A stretch of DNA of 37,950 bases from Variovorax sp. (GTDB lineage Bacteria; Pseudomonadota; Gammaproteobacteria; Burkholderiales; Burkholderiaceae_C), in the NCBI GenBank assembly GCA_031429925.1, contig JANPAK010000035.1, positions 1 through 37,950 on the forward strand, read 5' to 3'. Of this stretch, positions 8,612 through 16,942 are shown piece by piece. Within the stretch, counting starts at the first letter, position 1, and every line of letters starts with the position of its first letter. Under the pieces are notes generated by a model. It saw only the letters and a program-made list of their open reading frames with translations. It had not been told where the DNA came from and searched no databases. A program made the translations under genes and the position numbers.

Positions 8612-9778
8612 ATGAAAATTCACGAGTACCAAGGCAAGGAAATCTTGCGTCAATTCGGCGTGCCAGTCCCGCGGGGCATAGCAGCCTTCACTGTGCAAGA
8701 AGCCATTGAGGCCGCACAAAAGCTGGGCGGACCGGTCTGGGTGGTGAAAGCGCAAATCCACGCCGGTGGCCGCGGCAAAGGCGGTGGCGTGAAAGTGGCC
8801 AAGAGCATTGAAGATGTGAAGCGCCTAGCTGGCGAGATCCTAGGCATGCAACTCGTCACGCACCAAACCGGCCCTGCCGGTCAAAAAGTTCGCCGCTTGT
8901 ACATTGAAGACGGTGCAGATATCAAGCAAGAGTAGTACGTGAGCGCCGTGACCGACCGCGCCACGCAAAAAATTGCCTTCATCGCCTCAGCAGAGGGCGG
9001 TATGGACATTGAAGAAGTGGCGCACAATCGCCCCGAAAAAATCATCACAATTTATGCCGATCCTGTGCTCGGTTTGACAACCGAACAAGCCAAAGATCTA
9101 GCCGATCGCATAGGCATCCCTTCAGACAGCACCGCTCAAGCCGTGGACGTCTTTCAGAAGCTCTACAAATGCTACATGGACACCGATGCAGCCTTGGTGG
9201 AGATCAATCCACTCAACCGCGACAGCAAAGGCAACATCATGGCCTTGGACGCGAAATTCAACTTTGACTCTAACGCTTTGTTTCGCCACCCTGAAATCGT
9301 CGCCTACCGCGATTTGGATGAAGAAGACGCTGCAGAAGTCGAAGCGTCCAAGTTTGATTTGGCCTATATCAGCCTCGATGGCAACATCGGCTGCTTGGTC
9401 AATGGCGCTGGCCTAGCGATGGCCACCATGGACACCATCAAGCTGTATGGCGGCGAGCCGGCCAACTTCCTAGATGTTGGTGGCGGCGCCACCCCAGAGA
9501 AAGTGACCGAGGCCTTCAAGATCATGCTGAAAAACCCGAAAGTCGAAGCCATTTTGGTCAATATTTTTGGTGGCATCATGAAGTGCGACACGATTGCAAC
9601 CGGCATCATCACCGCCTGCAAAGCCACCAATTTGTCTGTGCCGCTGGTTGTGCGCATGAAGGGCACCAACGAAGAGTTGGGCAAAAAGATGTTGGCCGAG
9701 AGTGGTTTGCCTATCATCAGTGCCGGCTCCATGGCCGAAGCTGCTGAAAAAATTATGGCTGCAGTGAAGAAAGCCTAA
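8612..9778 (+). pseudogene. sucC: Succinyl-CoA synthetase beta subunit interrupted by one in-frame TAG at 8933-8935 (nonsense mutation or sequencing error)
   Basis: MKIHEYQGK...[11 protein letters not shown], then IKQE*YVS, and the same frame continues to [18 protein letters not shown] and NIFGGI. 388 codons if read through. Confidence 0.9.
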
Positions 9779-9787
9779 GGAATAGAC

Positions 9788-10681
9788 ATGTCGATCTTTA
9801 TCAACAAAAACACTAAAGTCATTACCCAAGGCATCACCGGCAAGACCGGCCAGTTCCACACGGAAAAGTGCCAAGAGTATGCAAACGGCAAAAACTGCTT
9901 CGTTGCGGGTGTGAATCCGAAAAAAGCCGGTGAGTCGATCTTCAACATCCCCATCTACGCTTCCGTGAAAGAGGCTGCCGGCCAAACTGGCGCCACCGTT
10001 TCCGTGATCTACGTGCCGCCCGCAGGCGCAGCCGCTGCAATCTGGGAAGCCGTGGAAGCAGATCTGGATCTGGCCATTTGTATCACCGAAGGCATCCCCG
10101 TGCGCGACATGCTCGAAGTGCGCAACCGCATGAGAGCCAAGGAAGCCGCTGGCGGCAAGAAAACCCTTTTGCTTGGTCCCAATTGCCCTGGTTTGATCAC
10201 CCCAGAAGAAATCAAAATCGGCATCATGCCCGGCCATATTCACCGCAAAGGACGCATCGGCGTGGTCTCCCGCTCCGGTACCCTCACCTATGAAGCTGTC
10301 GCTCAGCTCACCGAAATCGGCCTGGGTCAATCCAGCGCGGTGGGCATCGGTGGCGACCCAATCAACGGCTTGAAGCATATTGACGTGATGCGCGCCTTCA
10401 ACGACGATCCCGACACCGACGCCGTGATCATGATTGGTGAAATCGGTGGCCCTGATGAGGCGGATGCCGCCCGTTGGTGCAAGGCCAATATGAAGAAGCC
10501 TATTGTCGGCTTTATCGCCGGTGTTACGGCGCCGGCTGGAAAGCGCATGGGCCATGCCGGGGCGTTGATTTCTGGCGGTGCAGATACGGCAGATGCCAAG
10601 CTTGCCATCATGGAAGAGTGTGGCTTCAAGATCACACGCAACCCGTCGGAGATGGCCAAGCTACTAAAAGCTATGCTGTAA
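9788..10681 (+). CDS. sucD: Succinyl-CoA synthetase alpha subunit
   Basis: QGITGKTG, GPNCPG, SRSGTLTYE and MGHAGA phospho-His motif. Confidence 0.98.
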   Translation: MSIFINKNTKVITQGITGKTGQFHTEKCQEYANGKNCFVAGVNPKKAGESIFNIPIYASVKEAAGQTGATVSVIYVPPAGAAAAIWEAVEADLDLAICITEGIPVRDMLEVRNRMRAKEAAGGKKTLLLGPNCPGLITPEEIKIGIMPGHIHRKGRIGVVSRSGTLTYEAVAQLTEIGLGQSSAVGIGGDPINGLKHIDVMRAFNDDPDTDAVIMIGEIGGPDEADAARWCKANMKKPIVGFIAGVTAPAGKRMGHAGALISGGADTADAKLAIMEECGFKITRNPSEMAKLLKAML

Positions 10682-10699
10682 GCCGCAGCTTTTCAACAG

Positions 10700-10734
10700 A
10701 AGCCGGATCGCGTGTCCGGCTTTTTTGCTTTTTG
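10700..10734 (+). terminator. Rho-independent terminator after sucD
   Basis: AAGCCGGA-tcgcgtg-TCCGGCTT followed by T-runs. Confidence 0.85.
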
Positions 10735-10820
10735 GGGTGTGATTGCGGTTATCCACATACCGAAGTTGGTCAGATTGCGTCAAAATCGTATGCAAATCAA
10801 CGATAACTGACGGAGAACCT

Positions 10821-11525
10821 ATGGACTTTAGCTCAGGCGCCCTGTGGGGAGCATTTTTTGCCATTGTAGTGGCCAACATTTTGCTTTCTGGCGACAACGC
10901 CGTTGTCATCGCTATGGCGGCACGCCAATTGCCGCCAGCACAGCAGAAGAAAGCGATTTTTTGGGGCAGCGCGGCGGCCATTGTTATGCGCGTGATCTTG
11001 ACGGTTGTTGCGGTGCAGCTACTCGCTGTGCCCTACATCAAGATCGTAGGAGGTCTATTGCTGTTCTGGATTGGGGTGCAGCTACTGTCTTCTGGCGAAG
11101 ATGACGCCAATGTGAAGTCGCACGGCACCATGCTTGCGGCAGTGCGCACCATCTTGATTGCCGACTTGGTGATGAGTGTCGATAACGTGATTGCTGTTGC
11201 TGCTGCAGCCGATAAGGCGCCAGAGAACATGAGAATCATCTTATTGATTGTTGGACTAGGTTTGTCGATTCCCCTCATCATTGTGGGAAGTACTTTGCTC
11301 ATGAAAGTGATGGAGCGCTATCCGATGATCATCACGTTGGGCGCGGCTTTGCTGGGTTTCCTAGCGGGTAGCATGTTGGTGACTGACCCTGTTGATCGTG
11401 TTTGGTTCGCGGATCATGTGCCCAATGCAGAAATCCTCGTTGGAGTTACTGGAGCCGTGCTTGTCGTGGTCGTTGCAAAGTGGCTGGAGATGCGAAAGAG
11501 TGGGGAATCGTTGAACGGGCCGTGA
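10821..11525 (+). CDS. TerC/YjbE-family membrane protein
   Basis: LLSGDNAVVIAMA, ADLVMSVDNV and GLSIPLI; GGAG before ATG 10821. Confidence 0.9.
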   Translation: MDFSSGALWGAFFAIVVANILLSGDNAVVIAMAARQLPPAQQKKAIFWGSAAAIVMRVILTVVAVQLLAVPYIKIVGGLLLFWIGVQLLSSGEDDANVKSHGTMLAAVRTILIADLVMSVDNVIAVAAAADKAPENMRIILLIVGLGLSIPLIIVGSTLLMKVMERYPMIITLGAALLGFLAGSMLVTDPVDRVWFADHVPNAEILVGVTGAVLVVVVAKWLEMRKSGESLNGP

Positions 11526-11590
11526 CCTGGCAGCTTCGAGAGCTTCGTCGAATCGAGATGCAGGATCGGTGACCGTCTAAAATCTAAGCC

Positions 11591-12328
11591 TTGATTCTTG
11601 TCGATCCTTTGCTGGCATCGGCGTTTGCGCGGAGCCCATCGTTGGATCTCGATATCCTGTCCTTGCTCGTGCCATCGAGCCAAATTGTGCTGATCAATGT
11701 GTTGTTGGCTGGCGATAATGCCGTGGTCATTGTGTTGCTTTGTCGCAACTTACCTGAGGGGCAGCGCAAATGGGGTATCGCTTGCGGTATGGCCGGGGCT
11801 ATTGTTCTGCGGGTGCTGCTCATGGGGTTTGCGATGGCGTTGCTAGCAATGCCCTATCTAAAAATCGTTTGCGCGCTCCTGCTCGTCTGGACCGCAGTGC
11901 AGATACTGACGCCAGACGGTGACACCAATAGCGCAGGAGACAGCCCCCGCCAGTTTTGGGCGACGATCAAGACGGTCATGGCTGTTGATTTCGTCATGAG
12001 CTTTGACCATGTCTTGGCAATTGCTGGTGCAGCACAAAATGCGCAAGCTCAATACCAGTTGCACTTGGTCTTACTTGGCCTCTTATTGAGTATTCCAGTG
12101 ATTGTGGCTGGCAGTCAAAGGGTGCTTCAATTTACCGAACGGTGGCCTGTCCTGGTCACCTTGACTGCCATGTTGTTGGGCTGGATCGCCGGACAAATGG
12201 TTTACTCGGACGATGCACTCAATGATGTGCGACCGCAAGGGCAGGTTTGGATTTTGAGTTTTGGGTTTGCCGGTGCTTGGCTGGTTTGGGTGATCAGCCG
12301 CGCGCTTCTATCGCGGGAGCAAAATTGA
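11591..12328 (+). CDS. Second TerC/YjbE-family membrane protein (start uncertain)
   Basis: LLAGDNAVVI, DFVMSFDHV and GLLLSIPVI; no clear RBS or ATG start. Confidence 0.8.
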   Translation: MILVDPLLASAFARSPSLDLDILSLLVPSSQIVLINVLLAGDNAVVIVLLCRNLPEGQRKWGIACGMAGAIVLRVLLMGFAMALLAMPYLKIVCALLLVWTAVQILTPDGDTNSAGDSPRQFWATIKTVMAVDFVMSFDHVLAIAGAAQNAQAQYQLHLVLLGLLLSIPVIVAGSQRVLQFTERWPVLVTLTAMLLGWIAGQMVYSDDALNDVRPQGQVWILSFGFAGAWLVWVISRALLSREQN

Positions 12329-12569
12329 TCTTCGGCGCCAGATAGGCAACTGCAATCAAGGTTTGAGGCGGGCGGTGTGGCGCACTCGAGTCCTAACGCT
12401 GCCGCAAATTTGCAACATTCTGTCTTCACGGCGTGATAAATTGCCTTGATTGAATCCCATGCGTCTGTTATGGTTACGCCTAATGGGTGGAGAAAATCTC
12501 TACTAAAGACAAGCACTTAGCGCTCTTTTTTGAAAAGCGACTTCGGATTTTGCAGAGTGAGGGGCGATC

Positions 12570-15341
12570 GTGGCGACATCCACACTATTGAAAAGCGGGA
12601 ATTTTTGGCGCGCCGACTGGTTTGTTGGCGTGCTTGTGGTCGTTGCGGTCTTGCTGCTGCATAGCTTCGGGGATTTGATTGGCACCTTGGAGCGTCGCTA
12701 CTACGACTTTGCGAGCACTTCGACCAGCCGCACGCCGTCAGACAAAATTGCGGTGATTGCAATCGACGACGTCAGCATTGCCAACATTGGGCGGTGGCCT
12801 TGGAGCCGCGACGTCCATGCACAAATGACCGATCTACTTTCAGGCGCTAAAGCAAAGGTCATTGCCAACACCACTTTTTTCTTCGAGCCGCAAACGGACC
12901 GAGGTCTCATTTATATTCGTAAGATTAAAGAGAGCCTAGGGTCAATCGATCCCGCCAATCCTCATCCTGGCGCCGACCAAGCAACGAAAATTATCGCTGA
13001 GGCAGAGACCGCGCTTGATACGGATGCCAAGTTGGCAAACAGCATTGCAAAAGCGGGAAATGTTGTTTTACCGTCGGTTTTCAAGATCGGCGAACCGCTT
13101 GGTAACCCTGACAAACCGTTGCCTGCCTTTGCGCTCAAGAGTGCGGTGGACGAGAGCCAAGGCTTTTCGCTCCCTGCCCTTTCCGGGCAACAGCCCATTG
13201 AGCTAATCGGAAGTGCTGCTGTTGGTGTGGCGCACTTGAATCAGTGGCTGGATGTTGATGGGGCTGTCAGGTACGAGCCTTTGCTTGTGAATTACTACGG
13301 GAAGGCGGTGCCTTCGATGGCGCTGCTCGTGGCAGCGAAGAGTCTGAACTTAAATGCGAGCGATATCAAGCTCAACTATGGCGAATCCGTGCAGATTGGA
13401 AAGCTCAAAGTCAAAACCGATGAGGCGGCGCTGATGTTGCCGCAGTTTTACAAGAATACCGCGGACAAGCGTGCGTTCCCTGTCGATTCGTTCTACGATG
13501 TGCTGTCTGGAAAGATCCCCGCGTCCAAGTATGCAGATAAGATCGTCATTATTGGCGCCACAGCGGCTGGCGTGGGTACGATCTTTGCAACGCCCGCCGC
13601 CAAGGACATGAGCCCAGCTGAAACGATCGCGCACGTCACGTCGAGCATACTGGGGGAGCACTTTATTGTTCAGCCCAACTGGGGAGTATGGGTCTCGCTC
13701 GGTGCTTTTCTGATGGTTGCCGCATACCTGATCGTTCTGTTGCCGCGTCTGTCTGCTGGAATGGGCGCAGGTGTAACGGCTGGGTTCTTTGCTCTTCTCT
13801 TGTGCTTGGAGTTTGGCTTGCTGGCTGGAGCCTCGACTTGGCTTAAGCTCGTTTTGCCCGTAATCCTACTCGTGATTGGCCATCTGGCGCTCACCACAAA
13901 GCGCTTCCTTGTGACGGAAGCCGGTAAAGCCAAATCGGACGAGGAGTCGGCAGAAACCAACCGCATGATGGGTCTGGCGCTTCAGGGCCAGGGACAGTTG
14001 GATATGGCATTTGATCGCTTCCGTCGCGTGCCTGCAACATCGGCTTTGTTGGATAACATGGGTAACCTCGCTCTTGATTTTGAGCGTAAGCGGCAATTTA
14101 ACAAAGCCCAAGCGGTCTACGAGCACATGGCATCGCTCGACAAAGACCATAAAGGTTTGCAAGATAAGCTTAATCGCGCCAAGAACCTATCAGAAACAGT
14201 CATCCTCGGTGGTGGCGGTAGCCATCCTGGCGGAACGATGCTGTTGGATGGTGGTGGAGTCGAAAAACCCATGCTGGGTCGATATCAGGTCGAAAAGGAG
14301 CTGGGCAAAGGTGCAATGGGGGTCGTCTATTTGGGTAAAGACCCCAAGATCGGCCGCGTGGTAGCCATTAAGACCATGGCGCTTTCGCAAGAGTTTGATG
14401 GCGATGAGCTCGTCGATGCTAGGGAGCGATTCTTCCGTGAAGCGGAAACCGCAGGGCGACTACAGCATCCCTACATCGTGACGATCTATGACGCTGGCGA
14501 AGAGCATGACTTGGCCTACATCGCTATGGAGTTCCTCAAAGGCAAAGACTTGCTGGACTACTGCAAGGATGGCAATTTGCTGCCGATGCAGCGGGTGGTG
14601 TCGATCGTTGAGCGCGTGGCGGGGGCATTGTCGTATGCTCACAAAAATAGCGTGGTGCACCGTGATATCAAGCCTGCGAACGTCATGTATGAGCACAGCT
14701 CAGATACCGTGAAGGTGACCGACTTTGGCATCGCCCGGATTACCGACTCCAGCAAGACCAAGACAGGCATGGTTCTCGGTACGCCAAGCTTCATGAGTCC
14801 CGAGCAGCTTGCAGGCAAAAAGGTGGATGGTCGCTCAGATTTGTATTCACTGGGTGTCATGCTGTTTCAGATGCTAGCGGGTGTGTTGCCTTTCCGAGGT
14901 GATTCGATGGCTGAGTTGATGTACAAGATTGCAAATGAAGATGCTCCAGACATCCGCATCATCCGTGCGGAGATTCCACAAAAGCTTGCAGACATCGTGG
15001 CTATGAGCCTGTCTAAGCGGCCTGAAACACGCTACCAAGATGGCGACCAGTTTGCGGCTGACCTGAAAGCGGTAATGAGCGAACTAGGAGGTCCACCCTC
15101 AAATGGTTTGCCAGCCGCAGCCCCCGCAACGCTGTCGGCTGCAATGCCAGCCGATGAAAAGACGCAGATCCTACAAACAGGCGCCGTTGCCGATATGGCA
15201 ACTCAAGTGCTTAGGCCCACTGGCACCGACGATAAAACACAGATATTTTCAAGGGTTGAAGATGCCGTCGCACCTCCGCTAGTGCCCGCTGAAGACCCAT
15301 TCGAAAAAACCATCATAACTCGCCCGCGGGGTAACACTTGA
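12570..15341 (+). CDS. Membrane CHASE2-domain Hanks-type Ser/Thr protein kinase
   Basis: N-terminal TM, CHASE2 signature IAIDD.SI..IGRWPWSR and DVDGAVR, 3 TMs, TPR-like helical linker, kinase motifs GKGAMG, VAIK, HRDIKPAN, DFG and GTPSFMSPE. Confidence 0.95.
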   Translation: MATSTLLKSGNFWRADWFVGVLVVVAVLLLHSFGDLIGTLERRYYDFASTSTSRTPSDKIAVIAIDDVSIANIGRWPWSRDVHAQMTDLLSGAKAKVIANTTFFFEPQTDRGLIYIRKIKESLGSIDPANPHPGADQATKIIAEAETALDTDAKLANSIAKAGNVVLPSVFKIGEPLGNPDKPLPAFALKSAVDESQGFSLPALSGQQPIELIGSAAVGVAHLNQWLDVDGAVRYEPLLVNYYGKAVPSMALLVAAKSLNLNASDIKLNYGESVQIGKLKVKTDEAALMLPQFYKNTADKRAFPVDSFYDVLSGKIPASKYADKIVIIGATAAGVGTIFATPAAKDMSPAETIAHVTSSILGEHFIVQPNWGVWVSLGAFLMVAAYLIVLLPRLSAGMGAGVTAGFFALLLCLEFGLLAGASTWLKLVLPVILLVIGHLALTTKRFLVTEAGKAKSDEESAETNRMMGLALQGQGQLDMAFDRFRRVPATSALLDNMGNLALDFERKRQFNKAQAVYEHMASLDKDHKGLQDKLNRAKNLSETVILGGGGSHPGGTMLLDGGGVEKPMLGRYQVEKELGKGAMGVVYLGKDPKIGRVVAIKTMALSQEFDGDELVDARERFFREAETAGRLQHPYIVTIYDAGEEHDLAYIAMEFLKGKDLLDYCKDGNLLPMQRVVSIVERVAGALSYAHKNSVVHRDIKPANVMYEHSSDTVKVTDFGIARITDSSKTKTGMVLGTPSFMSPEQLAGKKVDGRSDLYSLGVMLFQMLAGVLPFRGDSMAELMYKIANEDAPDIRIIRAEIPQKLADIVAMSLSKRPETRYQDGDQFAADLKAVMSELGGPPSNGLPAAAPATLSAAMPADEKTQILQTGAVADMATQVLRPTGTDDKTQIFSRVEDAVAPPLVPAEDPFEKTIITRPRGNT

Positions 15342-15405
15342 CTTTAACGCTGCGATGCGGTCGCCTTATTGCTTCCGAAAGCCGCTATAGTTCGCTATTG
15401 CACTT

Positions 15406-16191
15406 ATGATTTATCAGTTCTCAATTTGTACCGACCCCGGCCTCGCACGAGATAATAACGAGGACTCGGTCGTTTTTGATGCCGCCGCGCAGCTGGCAGT
15501 GTTGGCTGACGGTATGGGTGGTTATAACGCGGGCGAAGTCGCGAGTGGAATGGCGACCGCATTTATCAAGTCTGAAATGAGCCGATGGTTATCTCAGACG
15601 GGTAAGAATGCAAACGCGCGCGAGGTGCGTCGCGCACTAGAGATTTGCGTGGATAACGCCAATCGTTCGATTTTCAATGCTGCGAGCTCCAACCCTCAAT
15701 ACACGGGCATGGGCACTACGCTGGTCGTCGGCGCCTTCCAAGGCAATCGCCTGATGCTCGGGCATATTGGGGATTCGCGCTGCTATCGCTTGCGTGGGGC
15801 GGAATTTAGCCAGATCACAAAAGATCACTCCTTGCTCCAAGAGCAATTAGATGCCGGACTGATTACGCCCGAACAAGCCGCAACGTCGCTTAACAAGAAT
15901 CTTGTGACACGCGCTTTGGGGGTTGAAGACGTGGTGATGTTGGAGACCAACGAACACCGCGCTGAAGTGGGTGACCTTTACCTGATGTGCTCCGATGGCT
16001 TGTCTGACATGGTCTCGGACGACGACATCGCTGATATCATGCAAGGCACAGAGAATTTGGATGTTAAGGCTAAAGCCTTAATCGATGCGGCTAATGCAGG
16101 CGGTGGCAGGGACAACATCTCTGTGTTGCTGGCGCTAGCCAAGGATGGGCAGAGCAAACGCGGCTTCATGTCGCGCTTGTTGGGCAAGTAA
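15406..16191 (+). CDS. PP2C/PPM-family Ser/Thr phosphatase (Stp1/IreP type)
   Basis: R..NED, ADGMGG, GMGTT, GDSR, CSDGL and GG.DNI motifs. Confidence 0.95.
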   Translation: MIYQFSICTDPGLARDNNEDSVVFDAAAQLAVLADGMGGYNAGEVASGMATAFIKSEMSRWLSQTGKNANAREVRRALEICVDNANRSIFNAASSNPQYTGMGTTLVVGAFQGNRLMLGHIGDSRCYRLRGAEFSQITKDHSLLQEQLDAGLITPEQAATSLNKNLVTRALGVEDVVMLETNEHRAEVGDLYLMCSDGLSDMVSDDDIADIMQGTENLDVKAKALIDAANAGGGRDNISVLLALAKDGQSKRGFMSRLLGK

Positions 16192-16216
16192 ACATACTCA
16201 ACAACAGGAGCCGACC

Positions 16217-16864
16217 ATGCCGAAAATGATCGTGTCGATCGACGGTGTCGTCATCAAAGAAGTTCAGCTGACTAAAGACCGCACCACGTTAGGTCGCAGG
16301 CCGTATAACGACATTGTGATCGACAACTTGGCGGTTAGCGGCGAACATGCGGTGATTCAACTCGCTGGCAATGATGTCAGCCTCGAGGACTTGAACAGCA
16401 CCAATGGGACATACATCAACGGTAAAGCTGTGAAAAAGCAGCAACTTGCCAACAATGACACGATTGAGATTGGCAAGTACAAGATCAAGTACGTTAACGA
16501 GCAGCAAGAGGCGGGATTTGAGCGTACGATGGTCATCAAGGCGGGCGCTGCTGGATTGACGGCACCCCCACCAACCAACGCAGCGACCCCACCTGCTCCC
16601 AATGCCCAGGCCGCGATCAAGGTGATGTCAGGGGCGGCCGCAGGTCGAGAGGTGCCCTTAGTGAAGGTGGTGACAACAATTGGAAAGCCTGGCGTCGCCG
16701 TTGCAGCCATTACCAAACGTCCCCACGGGTTTGTTGTGGCTCATGTCGAGGGAACGAGTAAGCCATTGCTCAATGGCACCCCAATAGGGTCTGAGCCGGT
16801 CACCCTCAAGGATGGTGATGTGCTGGAGCTGGCGGGTACCCAAATGCAGTTCGTCCTAGGATAG
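16217..16864 (+). CDS. FHA-domain protein (intact N-terminal FHA plus degenerate C-terminal FHA-like domain)
   Basis: LGRR..NDI, VSGEHA and DLNSTNGT. CAGGAG RBS before ATG 16217. Confidence 0.92.
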   Translation: MPKMIVSIDGVVIKEVQLTKDRTTLGRRPYNDIVIDNLAVSGEHAVIQLAGNDVSLEDLNSTNGTYINGKAVKKQQLANNDTIEIGKYKIKYVNEQQEAGFERTMVIKAGAAGLTAPPPTNAATPPAPNAQAAIKVMSGAAAGREVPLVKVVTTIGKPGVAVAAITKRPHGFVVAHVEGTSKPLLNGTPIGSEPVTLKDGDVLELAGTQMQFVLG

Positions 16865-16942
16865 GTTCACTGGTCCAAATAGCACAGTGGCAGCCTCAAT
16901 CCGCGACCATACTGAGCTATCGACTAAGACGTAGGAAACATC

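Noticed and set aside
5139-8613. Extended N-termini given by the ORF track (4401..5474, 5153..6109, 7519..8613, 8327..8935)
   Set aside because: The extensions overlap divergent genes or promoters; family homology begins at the downstream ATGs used in the feature list.
8933-8935. TAG reassignment (alternative genetic code or pyrrolysine)
   Set aside because: TAG ends several genes at their expected C-termini (1896, 7503, 16864, 22445, 24118), and no other gene in the window has an internal TAG.
9470-10555. Long antisense ORFs (361 aa here; also 22438-23070, 32859-33563, 34416-35099)
   Set aside because: Shadow frames of well-conserved genes in GC-rich DNA, with no recognisable motifs.
10735-10820. 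yybP-ykoY manganese riboswitch upstream of terC
   Set aside because: Only about 85 bp lie between terminator and start, and I could not identify the conserved riboswitch elements by eye.
12522-12547. Possible ninth copy of the 48-bp motif (GCTCT-tttttga-AAAGC)
   Set aside because: Only the dyad head matches; the GGC-N4-RGC tail is absent in both orientations.
12570-16864. Type VI secretion PpkA/PppA/Fha regulatory module
   Set aside because: No tss, hcp, vgrG or clpV genes in the window, and the kinase has an N-terminal CHASE2 sensor unlike PpkA.
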